In this document: positions 1 through 9,405 of the stretch, one piece after another
Layout of the letters: every line of letters starts with the position of its first letter
Position numbering within the stretch: position 1 is the stretch's first letter
Source: a virus
Taxonomy: Duplodnaviria; Caudoviricetes
DNA: 64,000 bases
Direction: 5' to 3' (one strand)
IMG/VR virus record: IMGVR_UViG_2700988868_000001
Span: 8,330 to 72,329 of that record
The notes under the pieces: generated by a model
Seen by the model: the letters and a program-made list of their open reading frames with translations, nothing else
The model's database searches: none
Told to the model about the DNA's origin: nothing
Position numbers and translations under genes: made by a program

Positions 1-492
1 CCCGCCACGGCTGTTGCTGTTGCTCCGGCAACTGCCAACGTCAACGTCGGTGCCGCGGTTCAACTGGCAGCGAACAAGACCCCGGCCAACTCCACGGATA
101 CGGTGTACTGGTCCGCCCAGAACGCCAATGCCACCGTGGATGCCTTCGGCAAGGTCACGGGCAAGGCTGTCGGTACGTGCGTCATCTCGGCCAAGACGGA
201 CTCCGGCAAGATCGGCACAGCTACCATCACGGTGAATCAACCCGTTGCCTCAGTGTCCATGACTCCGGTCAACCCGACTGTTGCCGTGGGTGCCACACAG
301 CAAATGACGGCTACCGTTCTGCCCGCCAACGCCAGCAACAAGGCTGTCACCTACACGTCCGCCACTCCGGCTGTCGCTACCGTGTCCGCCACTGGTCTGG
401 TCACGGGTGTCGCTGCTGGCACCACGGTGATCACGGTCAAGACGACCGACGGCAACAAGACCGCTACGCAGACCGTTACGGTTCCGGCGTAA
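1..492 (+). CDS. Ig-like (Big_2) repeat capsid decoration protein, N4 gp17-like; 5' end truncated by the window
   Basis: Frame 1 is open from base 1 (PATAVAVAPATANVNVGAAVQL...). It contains tandem Big_2 repeats (VTYTSATPAVATVSATGLVTGVAAGTTVITVKTTDGNKTATQTVTV) and is followed by a terminator. Confidence 0.8.
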   Translation, partial: PATAVAVAPATANVNVGAAVQLAANKTPANSTDTVYWSAQNANATVDAFGKVTGKAVGTCVISAKTDSGKIGTATITVNQPVASVSMTPVNPTVAVGATQQMTATVLPANASNKAVTYTSATPAVATVSATGLVTGVAAGTTVITVKTTDGNKTATQTVTVPA

Positions 493-531
493 GTCGTTTT
501 GTGGGGTGAAAATCCCCATAAGACAAACCTC

Positions 532-557
532 AAGCCCCTCTCCGGAGGGGCTTTTTG
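532..557 (+). terminator. Rho-independent terminator
   Basis: AAGCCCCTC-TCCG-GAGGGGCTT followed by TTT. Confidence 0.85.
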
Positions 558-568
558 CATCTGGAGAG

Positions 569-784
569 ATGATGATCGCTGACGAACGTACTCAGCGGAA
601 TATCGAGTCCTGCATCAAGAAGGTGCTCGAAGCTAACGGCGGATGGGTCTACATGGCCCGAGCCAAGCATTCCAAGAACGTCCGCGATTACATCGTGGAT
701 ACCGCAGTTGCAACCATGGGCCTGATGGGCCTGAACATTGAAGTGGATGGCTATCACAAATGCCGTCTGCGAATCAAACCCTGA
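569..784 (+). CDS. Hypothetical protein
   Basis: ATG at 569 after GGAG; codon usage like the surrounding phage genes. Confidence 0.65.
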   Translation: MMIADERTQRNIESCIKKVLEANGGWVYMARAKHSKNVRDYIVDTAVATMGLMGLNIEVDGYHKCRLRIKP

Positions 785-799
785 ACCAAAGGAACCAAG

Positions 800-1570
800 A
801 TGAACAACGTCTCCCTGACCATGGGCTACAACAAGCAGCGTCTGTACCGCAACATCCTGGTCGATCTCGGCCTGGAGAGCGTGGAAGCTCGTTACCAAAG
901 CGACCACAAGACCTACCAGTTCGACCCGAAGCAGTTCGTTGCCTTCGTGGATCGTGCACTGCGTGACACCGAAGCCGTGTTCTCCCTGCGCTCCATGGGC
1001 TTCCGCCTCGTGAACACGGTGCAGGAACCGACGCAGCAGGAATTGGACCTGAACCAGATGAAGGAAATGTCCCGCACCGACCCGGACCAGTTCCTGTCCG
1101 AACTGATCGGCGGCATCCTGGGCGTGCCGGTACTCGTCGTCAAGGGCGAAGAAACCTGCGATTGCCCCGGCTGCACCCAAGGCATGTCCTTGGCTGAAGC
1201 CCTGCGTGCCAACTACCGTGAGACCGGTACGGTGCTGGGCAACGTCGAAACCAAGACGGAAGCTATCCTGAAAAGCGCCGCCTACAAGAACCAGAACAAG
1301 CCTTCGGACTCCGAGCTGGCCGACATGCATGAAAAGGCACTGGCCTGGGATGCGAAGATCACCGCTGCCACCGAGCAGGCACTTGACTTCTTCTACCAGC
1401 AGCTGCGTCCGGCGTCGGCCTGGGCCTGCTGGTCGTATCTGGAAAAGTGGAAAGGTCATCCGGCTTGGCTGGACTTCCGGCCCAAGAAGGAATACGCCGA
1501 AATCCCGGTGAAGGTTCTCTTCACCATGGCTCAACGCCTCCGTGCACAGATCATGGACATGAACCCCTGA
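800..1570 (+). CDS. Hypothetical protein
   Basis: 256-aa ORF with AAGGA RBS and strong phage codon bias. Confidence 0.8.
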   Translation: MNNVSLTMGYNKQRLYRNILVDLGLESVEARYQSDHKTYQFDPKQFVAFVDRALRDTEAVFSLRSMGFRLVNTVQEPTQQELDLNQMKEMSRTDPDQFLSELIGGILGVPVLVVKGEETCDCPGCTQGMSLAEALRANYRETGTVLGNVETKTEAILKSAAYKNQNKPSDSELADMHEKALAWDAKITAATEQALDFFYQQLRPASAWACWSYLEKWKGHPAWLDFRPKKEYAEIPVKVLFTMAQRLRAQIMDMNP

Positions 1571-1571
1571 C

Positions 1572-1916
1572 ATGCAGAAAGAACGCCGTATCTCCATTAT
1601 CAAGAAGATCGAAAGTCGGTGCGACATTCTCCACACCGGCTACGAGATTCAAGGTAAACCCAGCCCCTGCCACTTGTGGACGGGACCGGACTCGGGTAAC
1701 GGCCGAGGTGGTGGATACGGCAGGATGAGTTTGGATGGCCACACTGTGGCCGTTCATCTCGTCGCCTTCACGCACTACTACGGTTTCATTCCCGGCAACA
1801 AACAAGTGGATCACCTGTGCAACCAGAGAAAGTGCTGCAACCCGCAGCACCTGGAACTGGTGTCCCACATCACCAACCAAAGGCGGCGTGCCGCCAGAGC
1901 CAAAGGAAAGACATGA
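1572..1916 (+). CDS. HNH endonuclease (zinc-binding loop type, N4 gp22-like)
   Basis: CHLWTG...GYGRM...AVHLVAF...VDHLCNQRKCCNPQHLELVS motif. Confidence 0.85.
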   Translation: MQKERRISIIKKIESRCDILHTGYEIQGKPSPCHLWTGPDSGNGRGGGYGRMSLDGHTVAVHLVAFTHYYGFIPGNKQVDHLCNQRKCCNPQHLELVSHITNQRRRAARAKGKT

Positions 1917-2611
1917 ACACTTCTAAGCTAAAGCCTTGTCCATTTTGTGGTGGTGAAGCCTTTTCCACTTACAAAACAGGTGATGATGATATCTGCCGTC
2001 ATTCAGTTCACTGCCACAATCGCTGTGGTGCACAAACAGGAAGTAGTCTTCGGACTCACTACAGTGAAGAAGATGCTGTAAACGCATGGAATATGCGTGC
2101 TCCTGTAGCCGATGAATCACCAATGGCGAAGATGGCCGACGCACTGCGGGAGAAAGCCCGTCAAGAGCAGCAGGCTTACCAAGACAGCCGCGTCCAAAGT
2201 ACGGAATGGGGGCCGATGCCGCATGGAACGGAAGCTGATCTTCCTGCAAGCGCCCCTGTAGCCGTACTGTCGGACGAGGACATTCGGGAAGTGTTCCTGG
2301 CGCACGGCTTCACCGTGAAGGAAGGGCAGACCGATTTGAAACCCTACGTCTATGTAGCCGCCCGCGCACTGCTGGCTCAATATGCCGCACCGCAGGCCAG
2401 CGAGGCGGTACGCGATGAAAAACAACAGCATGCTCGTGCATTACGTGTGCTTGGTGGTATGTCCAACACGGCATACATGAACATTTTGCACGATCTCAAA
2501 TTCCAAGATCGAAGCCTTTCTAAAGAAGAATTCGATGCCTTTGCTGACAAGCTGGCTGATCTTTTTGATCTGCCTCCTGCTCAAGCAGAACAGGAATCCT
2601 TTGGTCGATAG
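1913..2611 (+). CDS. Lar-family restriction alleviation domain protein (mosaic)
   Basis: N-terminal LKPCPFCGGEA...HC..RCGA...EEDAVNAWNMR signature; ATGA overlap with the upstream HNH gene. Confidence 0.75.
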   Translation: MNTSKLKPCPFCGGEAFSTYKTGDDDICRHSVHCHNRCGAQTGSSLRTHYSEEDAVNAWNMRAPVADESPMAKMADALREKARQEQQAYQDSRVQSTEWGPMPHGTEADLPASAPVAVLSDEDIREVFLAHGFTVKEGQTDLKPYVYVAARALLAQYAAPQASEAVRDEKQQHARALRVLGGMSNTAYMNILHDLKFQDRSLSKEEFDAFADKLADLFDLPPAQAEQESFGR

Positions 2612-2705
2612 TTCCGGTCCATGCCTTGGTTCCAAGGCATTGGCAGGCGCTTTTGCCTGAATAACCGCCGTCGGTCGGATACCGATACCCATGAGGAAAC
2701 TCAAC

Positions 2706-3620
2706 ATGAAAGCAACTCGTATTCTCTCGATGGCGGCAGCACTGGCTTTGGCCCTGTCTGCCAGTTACGCCCAAGCTGCTCCCGGCAATAACGGTGGCGG
2801 TAATGGCGGCTGTGGCAGTGGCCAACAGACCAATGGCTGCGGTGGTGGAACTACCTCTCCGGGCAACAACACCGCCTATGGTGGTGCTGGCGGTGCCGGT
2901 GGCAACGGCACTGGTGTCGGCATCGGTATTGGCCAAGGTGGCCAAGGTGGTGCTGGTGGCAAGGGTGGTTCGGTCACTGGTTCGGGCAATTCGTCCAACC
3001 TGAACAACAACTCCAACAAGCAGAACCAAGGACAGGCACAGGGCCAGATTCAAGGCCAGGGCCAATCCCAAGTCAGCAAGAACAGCAACCGCAACTCGAA
3101 CAACAATGCCAACCTGAACCGCAACGACAATCGCTCGTCTGCGAATTCGTCGGCAAACAATGCCAACAGCAACACGAACGAAGGCAACAACTCGTCCCAG
3201 TCCGTCACCGTCCAAGGTGACAGCTACGAAGCCTATCGCATCCCGGTGGCTACGGCTTACGCTCCGAATATCGCTCCCACGGCAGTCTGCATGGGTTCGT
3301 CTTCGGGTGGTGTGCAAACGCAAATCGTCGGCGTGTCTCTCGGTACTTCCTGGACCGATGACAACTGCATGCTGTTGGAACAAGTCCGTACCGTGTCGGC
3401 TGTACTCGGTGATCGTGAAACCGTTGCTGAAATGATGTGTGACGTTGCTGCATATGCGGCTGCTCGTGAACGTGCTGGTAAGCCTTGTGGCAATGCTGTG
3501 AAGACTGCCCAAGCTTCGACTACGACTGCTGCGGTATCGCAGCCTGTGTCGCGTTCTTCGCGTTATGAAGGCAACGATCCCATCGTTCGCAAGCGTCTGG
3601 GTCTGCCGCCGTTGAACTAA
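2706..3620 (+). CDS. Putative secreted Gly/Asn/Gln-rich protein with Cys-containing C-terminal domain
   Basis: GAGG RBS before ATG 2706; signal peptide MKATRILSMAAALALALSASYAQA; long G-, N- and Q-rich tracts; own terminator. Confidence 0.8.
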   Translation: MKATRILSMAAALALALSASYAQAAPGNNGGGNGGCGSGQQTNGCGGGTTSPGNNTAYGGAGGAGGNGTGVGIGIGQGGQGGAGGKGGSVTGSGNSSNLNNNSNKQNQGQAQGQIQGQGQSQVSKNSNRNSNNNANLNRNDNRSSANSSANNANSNTNEGNNSSQSVTVQGDSYEAYRIPVATAYAPNIAPTAVCMGSSSGGVQTQIVGVSLGTSWTDDNCMLLEQVRTVSAVLGDRETVAEMMCDVAAYAAARERAGKPCGNAVKTAQASTTTAAVSQPVSRSSRYEGNDPIVRKRLGLPPLN

Positions 3621-3640
3621 ACGGTATTCGCTATAAAACC

Positions 3641-3669
3641 AAAGCCGTATGGAGACATACGGCTTTTTC
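3641..3669 (+). terminator. Rho-independent terminator
   Basis: AAAGCCGTATG-GAGA-CATACGGCTTT followed by TT. Confidence 0.85.
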
Positions 3670-3684
3670 TCTTCTGGAACCAAA

Positions 3685-4044
3685 ATGAGCAATCACAACG
3701 ACAAGCGCAGTCCCAGCACTGATGCCCTGGAAACCCTGGGCATGATTCACTTCAAGCCTGAGCATCGTGACGCCATTCATTTGGCTGTCGATGCTGTTAT
3801 GGCCAGTACCCAATTGGAAATCGGCCAAAGCATCGGCATTATCAATGGCATCGCCTACCCCTCGGGTATCGGACGTGCAGCCATTGATGGTGAAGTTGGT
3901 GTGGTTCCTTACCATGGCATCGTCGATCCTTTCCTGCCCCGTGGGCCGAAGGAAGGCGAGAAGTTCTGGTTCGTGATGGCTCCCCGTATGGTGCGCAGCC
4001 TGCGCCATGTCTGGGAACACCCCGACTTCCCTGAAGGAACCTGA
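3685..4044 (+). CDS. Hypothetical protein
   Basis: ORF starting right after the terminator; contains RDAIHLAV and GIVDPFL...GEKFWFVMAP...SLRHVWEHPDF. Confidence 0.75.
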   Translation: MSNHNDKRSPSTDALETLGMIHFKPEHRDAIHLAVDAVMASTQLEIGQSIGIINGIAYPSGIGRAAIDGEVGVVPYHGIVDPFLPRGPKEGEKFWFVMAPRMVRSLRHVWEHPDFPEGT

Positions 4045-4046
4045 CC

Positions 4047-4394
4047 ATGTGGCATGACCAATATCCCCGAAGCGAGCATCAAGCTCGCGTGCTGTTGGGT
4101 GATCCCGTGGCCTTGGCCTACGAATGGATCAGCCGCTATGCGGAGAACCTGACGGTACAAGTTCAGAAGTACAACGAAGATGATGAGTACGGCAACAATG
4201 AGGACATCACTGCTGATGACCTCATCAGTACCGCTGACTCCCATCAAGGTGATCGTTGGGGCGACTACATTTCCCGTGGCGGCACCTTTGAAGGTGAATC
4301 GGTTGATCCCACCTTCTGGAAACACTACGCCACCATCAAGGGTCTGGAAGTCGAAGACGTGGTTCAGAGCAGCTTCTTCTCCTGCTACTGCTGA
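4047..4394 (+). CDS. Hypothetical protein
   Basis: Tightly packed ORF ending in FFSCYC. Confidence 0.7.
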   Translation: MWHDQYPRSEHQARVLLGDPVALAYEWISRYAENLTVQVQKYNEDDEYGNNEDITADDLISTADSHQGDRWGDYISRGGTFEGESVDPTFWKHYATIKGLEVEDVVQSSFFSCYC

Positions 4395-4399
4395 TCATC

Positions 4400-4705
4400 A
4401 TGGACCACATCATTCCTCCCATAACAGCTGAACTGGGCAAGATGTGGGCCCAACCCAATCGAGAAGAAATTCTGATTGGGGAGGACACCGCCGTCATGAC
4501 CGAAGTTCAGTTCTATTACCTGCTGGACTACAGCAACTCCGTCCCCAGTGGTGTGTACCCCGGCAAAATGTGGCGGAGTCAACACCCCAATGGTGATTGG
4601 TATTTGTGTTGGTTTGGTGTTGTACCCGGTGATGACACTGTGTGCAGCAACAACCACAGAAAGATCATCATTCAAGACTGGAAAGGACTCATGGGAGTGA
4701 AATGA
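4400..4705 (+). CDS. Hypothetical protein
   Basis: Tightly packed ORF containing YSNSVPSGVYPGKMWR. Confidence 0.7.
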   Translation: MDHIIPPITAELGKMWAQPNREEILIGEDTAVMTEVQFYYLLDYSNSVPSGVYPGKMWRSQHPNGDWYLCWFGVVPGDDTVCSNNHRKIIIQDWKGLMGVK

Positions 4706-4965
4706 AAGCCATCTCTGAACCTAAGCAGGTGACTCGCACGAACGCCAATGGTCGTGACCAGACCTTCACCGAACAGTACTTCAGGGTCGAGGAAAGTGAT
4801 GTTGGAAAGTTCAAGCATCACTACCTCGGCTACAACCACCGCAGTCACCGCTTTCTTGAAGAAGAAGTGGGCTGCTCAGTAGTTGTCCAGTCCGACGGAA
4901 AGGGCTGGACCTGCTGGTATTTCGGACTTAACTGGGAGAGCGAAGAATGCCGAAAGCTGCATTGA
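4702..4965 (+). CDS. Hypothetical protein
   Basis: ATGA overlap with the upstream gene; GGGAG RBS. Confidence 0.65.
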   Translation: MKAISEPKQVTRTNANGRDQTFTEQYFRVEESDVGKFKHHYLGYNHRSHRFLEEEVGCSVVVQSDGKGWTCWYFGLNWESEECRKLH

Positions 4966-5378
4966 AAGTGGGTGGCTGGCATGCCCCCACGCAAGAACAG
5001 AAACCGATTCACCCCGGCTGGTACGAAAGCACCACCTGGGACCCTCACCGCAAGTATGGCTTCATGCCGCCTCCGATCCGTACCTTCTGGGACGGCAAGC
5101 AGTGGCTGTGGAGTCCCCTCGGGGAAGTCTGCAAGTTCCAGAAGCGTTCCTGGCGTGGCACCACGAATCGTGAGGCACTGCCCACGACGATGACTGCCAG
5201 CAAGAACGGCAACATCGAACTGGTTCGCGTGGTTGACCGTGATGACAAGAACGGCACCCTCGCTTACTGCGTCTTCGACAACAAGCGTCTGCGCTACCTG
5301 TTCCCGAGCAACAAGCTCGTGAAGGAAGTCCGTACTTCCAAGGAAGGCGAAGACTTCATCAAAGGACGTATCAAGTGA
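4947..5378 (+). CDS. Hypothetical protein (start uncertain)
   Basis: 143-aa ORF with phage codon bias in the operon-like run. Confidence 0.65.
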   Translation: MPKAALKVGGWHAPTQEQKPIHPGWYESTTWDPHRKYGFMPPPIRTFWDGKQWLWSPLGEVCKFQKRSWRGTTNREALPTTMTASKNGNIELVRVVDRDDKNGTLAYCVFDNKRLRYLFPSNKLVKEVRTSKEGEDFIKGRIK

Positions 5379-5560
5379 ACTCCGCACAACTCCAGATCGA
5401 ACTGCAACAGGCGATGAACCAGCTCAGCAAGAAGCTGCGTTCGGGGGCTACCTCCGAAGACGCCTACTTGGCTGCGTCCACTGTTGCGGATGTGGCCCGC
5501 AAGCTGAAGAACGCCGTCGGCGCTGAAGTGGTCGCCTATCAACAGGCCATGAAACGCTAA
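5375..5560 (+). CDS. Small hypothetical protein
   Basis: GTGA overlap with the upstream gene; AAGGA RBS. Confidence 0.65.
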   Translation: MNSAQLQIELQQAMNQLSKKLRSGATSEDAYLAASTVADVARKLKNAVGAEVVAYQQAMKR

Positions 5561-5763
5561 TGCAGTACGTCAATCATTCAACCCAAGCGCTGTATCGCAA
5601 ACTCCGAAAGGAGGGTGCGACAGCCCCTTCTGCCGTCGAGACGATCAAGCTTCTGCTGAATGAATCGCCGGAAACCCCCGAGCCTCCCATGGCCCATTGG
5701 GAAGTTTCGTCTGGCCCTGAAAAGGCCAAGCTTCCCTACTACCACGGCAACTGCCGCTTTTGA
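5560..5763 (+). CDS. Small hypothetical protein
   Basis: TAATG overlap with the upstream gene. Confidence 0.55.
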   Translation: MQYVNHSTQALYRKLRKEGATAPSAVETIKLLLNESPETPEPPMAHWEVSSGPEKAKLPYYHGNCRF

Positions 5764-5778
5764 ACCAAGGAAACCCCA

Positions 5779-6816
5779 ATGAATTATAAGACCGCTACCT
5801 CGCGTCAGGTGCGTTCCATGATCGAACGTGCGGTGTCGTCGGGCCTCGTGCTCATGATCACCAGCAGCCCTGGCATGGGAAAGTCCGCACTCGTTCGCAG
5901 TGTGGCTGACGAGTACCGTCTTCAGGTCATCGATCATCGCCTGTCCACTTCCGCCCCGGAAGACTTGACCGGCCTGCCGTTCCGTCGTGCCGATGGCCGT
6001 GCTGAATTCGCTCCCTTCGGCGACCTGTTCCCGTTGGAAGGCGATCCGCTGCCCGAAGGCAAGGACGGCTGGATTCTGTTCCTGGACGAACTGAACTCCG
6101 CTTCCAAGTCGGTCATGGCCGCAGCCTACAAGCTGATCCTGGATCGCATGGTCGGCCAGCACAAGCTGCACCCCAAGGTCGCCATCGTTGCCGCAGGCAA
6201 CAAGATGACCGACCGGGCCATCGTCAACAACATGGGTACTGCGTTGCAGTCCCGTATCGTCCACGTCGAACTCGAACTGAACCACAAGGTCTGGCTCGAA
6301 GACGTGGCCCTGCCCCAAGCCTGGGACAGCCGTGTCGTCGCCTATCTGGGTACGTATCCGTCCAAGCTGTCGGACTTCGACCCCGAGCACAAGGACCGCA
6401 CGTTCTGCTGCCCCCGCACCTGGGACATGGTGAACAAGTACCTGAAGACCCGTGAAGGCAAGCTGGACGATGTGGATCGCATCTTCATCTCCGGCACCAT
6501 CTCGGCTGAAGAAGGCGTCAGCTTCGTGCAGTACTGCAAGGTCTTCGACACGATGGTGAAGGTCTCCGACATCATCGCCAAGCCGGAAACCGCACCGCTG
6601 CCTGCCGACAACCCCACGTTGTGGGCTGTCACGATGGCACTGACCGAGGCCGTGAACAAGTCGAACTACGACGAGATCATGACCTATGTCGAGCGCATGG
6701 ACTTCGGCTTCCAACTGGTGTTCTCGCGTTCCGCGATGGCCACCAAGTCGGCCGAACTGCGTCACCTGCCCCGCTTCGCTGAAGCGGCCATCAAAGTCTC
6801 CAAGTATCTGGTGTAA
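5779..6816 (+). CDS. MoxR-like AAA+ ATPase (N4 gp24-like)
   Basis: Walker A SSPGMGKS, Walker B ILFLDELN, IVAAGN sensor, CPRTW motif; lies upstream of a vWA gene. Confidence 0.9.
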   Translation: MNYKTATSRQVRSMIERAVSSGLVLMITSSPGMGKSALVRSVADEYRLQVIDHRLSTSAPEDLTGLPFRRADGRAEFAPFGDLFPLEGDPLPEGKDGWILFLDELNSASKSVMAAAYKLILDRMVGQHKLHPKVAIVAAGNKMTDRAIVNNMGTALQSRIVHVELELNHKVWLEDVALPQAWDSRVVAYLGTYPSKLSDFDPEHKDRTFCCPRTWDMVNKYLKTREGKLDDVDRIFISGTISAEEGVSFVQYCKVFDTMVKVSDIIAKPETAPLPADNPTLWAVTMALTEAVNKSNYDEIMTYVERMDFGFQLVFSRSAMATKSAELRHLPRFAEAAIKVSKYLV

Positions 6817-6819
6817 GCG

Positions 6820-7011
6820 ATGGGAAATCTCCAAGAAGCCATTACCCCTGTGAACAAGCGTATGGCCGGTGGCGTCCAATGGATCGCCGTCTTCGGTGAA
6901 CGCAAGGCTGTCTTGTGGGGCAAGACGGAGAAGCAAGCTCTCCAAGCTGCCCACGAGTATTTCAAACCCAAGAAGGGTGAACGCGATCTCGTCGCTGTCG
7001 CCCTCATCTGA
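6820..7011 (+). CDS. Small hypothetical protein
   Basis: Tightly packed 63-aa ORF. Confidence 0.6.
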   Translation: MGNLQEAITPVNKRMAGGVQWIAVFGERKAVLWGKTEKQALQAAHEYFKPKKGERDLVAVALI

Positions 7012-7024
7012 CAGAGAGGGACCA

Positions 7025-7393
7025 ATGACTGACTTCTGGTATCGCTACGAGGATTACCGAGAGGGAATCACGAGCACGGATTACAACGGAGAAGTCGAGG
7101 TCATTGGTTCCCGTACTGTTCTCCGCTGCCGCAAGTTCGAGGTAGATCGCTATACGCCCAAGGGTGTGTGGCTCCGCCGTCCCTTCGATACGCAACGCTT
7201 TGTGTTGAACGAGGGACACAAGAAATACGCCCATGCGACCGAGGAAGAAGCTCTGCATTCTTTCTTGGCTCGCAAGCAACGTCATCTCAGCATCCTCAAC
7301 AGCCAGTGTGATCACGTCACGCGGGCGATGATGCTGGCACAACAGAAATTGAACCAAGGAAAGACATGTCCGTCGATCTTACCCGTGAGCTAG
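7025..7393 (+). CDS. Hypothetical protein
   Basis: GAGGG RBS; FWYRYED...YTPKGVWL...FVLNEGHKKYAHATEEEALHSFLARK. Confidence 0.7.
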   Translation: MTDFWYRYEDYREGITSTDYNGEVEVIGSRTVLRCRKFEVDRYTPKGVWLRRPFDTQRFVLNEGHKKYAHATEEEALHSFLARKQRHLSILNSQCDHVTRAMMLAQQKLNQGKTCPSILPVS

Positions 7394-8526
7394 ATCGTGC
7401 GAAGGCTAAAGCCTTCCTCGATAGCAACTCCGCATTTCTCGGTCCCATCCTGGTGGGGCTACGCTTCGCCTGGGACAAGACCGTGGAAACGGCTTGCACT
7501 GACGGTATCGACCTGAAGTGGAATCCCGATTGGTTCATTTCCCTTCAGCCTCCGGCCCGTGTCACCGTGCTCATGCACGAAATCTGGCACGTTGCCCGGC
7601 TGCACTTGATCCGTCGCAATGGCCGTGATCCGCTCTGGTGGAACTACGCCTGCGACATCTGGATCAACAACCAGTTGGAGCGAGACAAGTTCTCCTTCAA
7701 GGGCATCGAGAACTGCTGGAAAGATCAGCAGTATCACGGCAAAACTGAAGAGGAAATCTACGCTGCCATCTACGACCCTCAGTCGCCGCCCCCGCCTCCG
7801 GCGAGCGGCTCCTTCGGTGAAGACGGGGGAGCAGGCGACATGCAGGAATCCCCTGGTGGCGTCACGGATGCACAGCGTGAAGAAATCCTCTCCACCGTGA
7901 CCCAAGCAATGCACCAAGCTGGGATCAGTGGAAATCCTGGCTCCATGCCGGGTGATACCGAAAGGCTCATCACCCAGTTCCTGAAACCTGTGGTGCCGTG
8001 GCAATCGCTGCTGCAACGCTTCTTCAACGACATGCAAGATGAAGACTACTCGTGGTCCCGTCCGAACCGCCGGTTCGATGACATCTATCTGCCTCATCGC
8101 TATCTCGATGATGGCAAGCTGGAGCATCTGGCCTATTACCTGGACGTGTCCGGCAGTATCACCCAACAGGACTTGCTCCGCTTCAACTCCGAAGTGAAGC
8201 ACGTCTGGGATCATTACCAACCCCAGAAGATGAGCCTCATTCAGTTCGACACACGCATCTCGCATGTGGAAGAAATCGAAGAAGGCCACCGTCTGGACGA
8301 GGTGAAGATCAAGGGTGGTGGTGGTACGTGCTTGAAGCCTGTGCGTGAGCACATCATCAAGAACCGCCCCACTGCGGCCATCATCTTCAGCGATATGGAA
8401 GTGGCTCCGATGGAGAAGCTCCCCTTCGATATCCCCGTGATTTGGGTTGTTTTGGGGGGTCGATCCTACCATAAACCCTCCTTCGGGGAGGTCATCATCA
8501 TTCCTCAAGGGAGCGTACCGCTGTGA
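7366..8526 (+). CDS. HExxH metallopeptidase-like plus vWA domain protein (N4 gp25-like)
   Basis: TACTDG, MHEIWH (HExxH), WNYACD, vWA MIDAS DVSGS, GGGGT. Confidence 0.88.
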   Translation: MSVDLTRELDRAKAKAFLDSNSAFLGPILVGLRFAWDKTVETACTDGIDLKWNPDWFISLQPPARVTVLMHEIWHVARLHLIRRNGRDPLWWNYACDIWINNQLERDKFSFKGIENCWKDQQYHGKTEEEIYAAIYDPQSPPPPPASGSFGEDGGAGDMQESPGGVTDAQREEILSTVTQAMHQAGISGNPGSMPGDTERLITQFLKPVVPWQSLLQRFFNDMQDEDYSWSRPNRRFDDIYLPHRYLDDGKLEHLAYYLDVSGSITQQDLLRFNSEVKHVWDHYQPQKMSLIQFDTRISHVEEIEEGHRLDEVKIKGGGGTCLKPVREHIIKNRPTAAIIFSDMEVAPMEKLPFDIPVIWVVLGGRSYHKPSFGEVIIIPQGSVPL

Positions 8527-8669
8527 ACACTGTCGATGAAATCAAGAAGGCAATTCAGGATTACTTCGGTGATACTGAACGCAGCCGTCAAGCAACCCGT
8601 GATGGGTTGGAAGACATTGCGAGCGAGGTCGATTGCTTGATCGACGCACTCCGTAGCGATACGGAGTAA
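8523..8669 (+). CDS. Small hypothetical protein (48 aa, below the ORF-track cutoff)
   Basis: GTGA overlap; MNTVDEIKKAIQDYFGDTERSRQATRDGLEDIASEVDCLIDALRSDTE exactly fills the gap between genes. Confidence 0.6.
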   Translation: MNTVDEIKKAIQDYFGDTERSRQATRDGLEDIASEVDCLIDALRSDTE

Positions 8670-8671
8670 CC

Positions 8672-9166
8672 ATGATCATCAACGGCCATGCATTGCTCGA
8701 AGCAATGCCCATTCGTGATATGGAATCCACCAAGGTGAGCCGTGGCGGCGTCACCTTTGGTTTGGGTGAAGCAGGATACGACATCCGCATCAAGCAGGGT
8801 GTCGTGTTCCATCCGAACCAAGGTGGACACATTCAACATGCCGATGGTTCTCGTGATCACTTCACGGGACGCTTCACCATCGCATCGGCTGTGGAAGAAT
8901 TCCGCATGCCGAGCAACCTGACCGGTATCGTTCATGACAAGTCCACTTGGGCACGTCGTGGACTGTCCGTCTTCAACACCGTCATCGAGCCGGGTTGGGA
9001 TGGGTTTCTCACCCTGGAGTTGGTCTACCATGGTTCCACTGGCTTGTTCATCCCTCCGGGTGTGGGCATTGCTCAAGTGGTGTTCCATCAGACCGCTCGT
9101 GATGCCGTCTACAACGGACGATATCAGAACCAAGAAGACAAGCCGGTAGCCGCAAAGGATGCCTAA
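8672..9166 (+). CDS. dcd: dCTP deaminase (dUTPase superfamily; N4 gp26-like)
   Basis: GYDIRI, HDKSTWARRGL, NTVIEPGWDGFLTLEL, IAQVVF, YNGRYQNQ. Confidence 0.88.
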   Translation: MIINGHALLEAMPIRDMESTKVSRGGVTFGLGEAGYDIRIKQGVVFHPNQGGHIQHADGSRDHFTGRFTIASAVEEFRMPSNLTGIVHDKSTWARRGLSVFNTVIEPGWDGFLTLELVYHGSTGLFIPPGVGIAQVVFHQTARDAVYNGRYQNQEDKPVAAKDA

Positions 9167-9405
9167 TGAAGACACCATGCGAGGTTTGCGGTGAAGCTAA
9201 CGTGTGGCCACTCTTTGATTGGCAATACAGTTACGTCTGCAAAACTTGTGTGGAGTTGGGCGACGATGTGGGGTACGACGCAGAGGCCGAATGCTATCGG
9301 CTTGTGAGTCGGTGTCCTGGTTGTGGAGAAGCCGGTACGGTGAACTATGGTAGGGAAACCGACATGGCTTACTACTGTGGTGGCTCTCCGAGATGTTGCC
9401 CGTGA
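9166..9405 (+). CDS. Small Cys-rich putative zinc-binding protein
   Basis: Three CxxC pairs plus terminal CGGSPRCCP; TAATG overlap. Confidence 0.6.
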   Translation: MKTPCEVCGEANVWPLFDWQYSYVCKTCVELGDDVGYDAEAECYRLVSRCPGCGEAGTVNYGRETDMAYYCGGSPRCCP

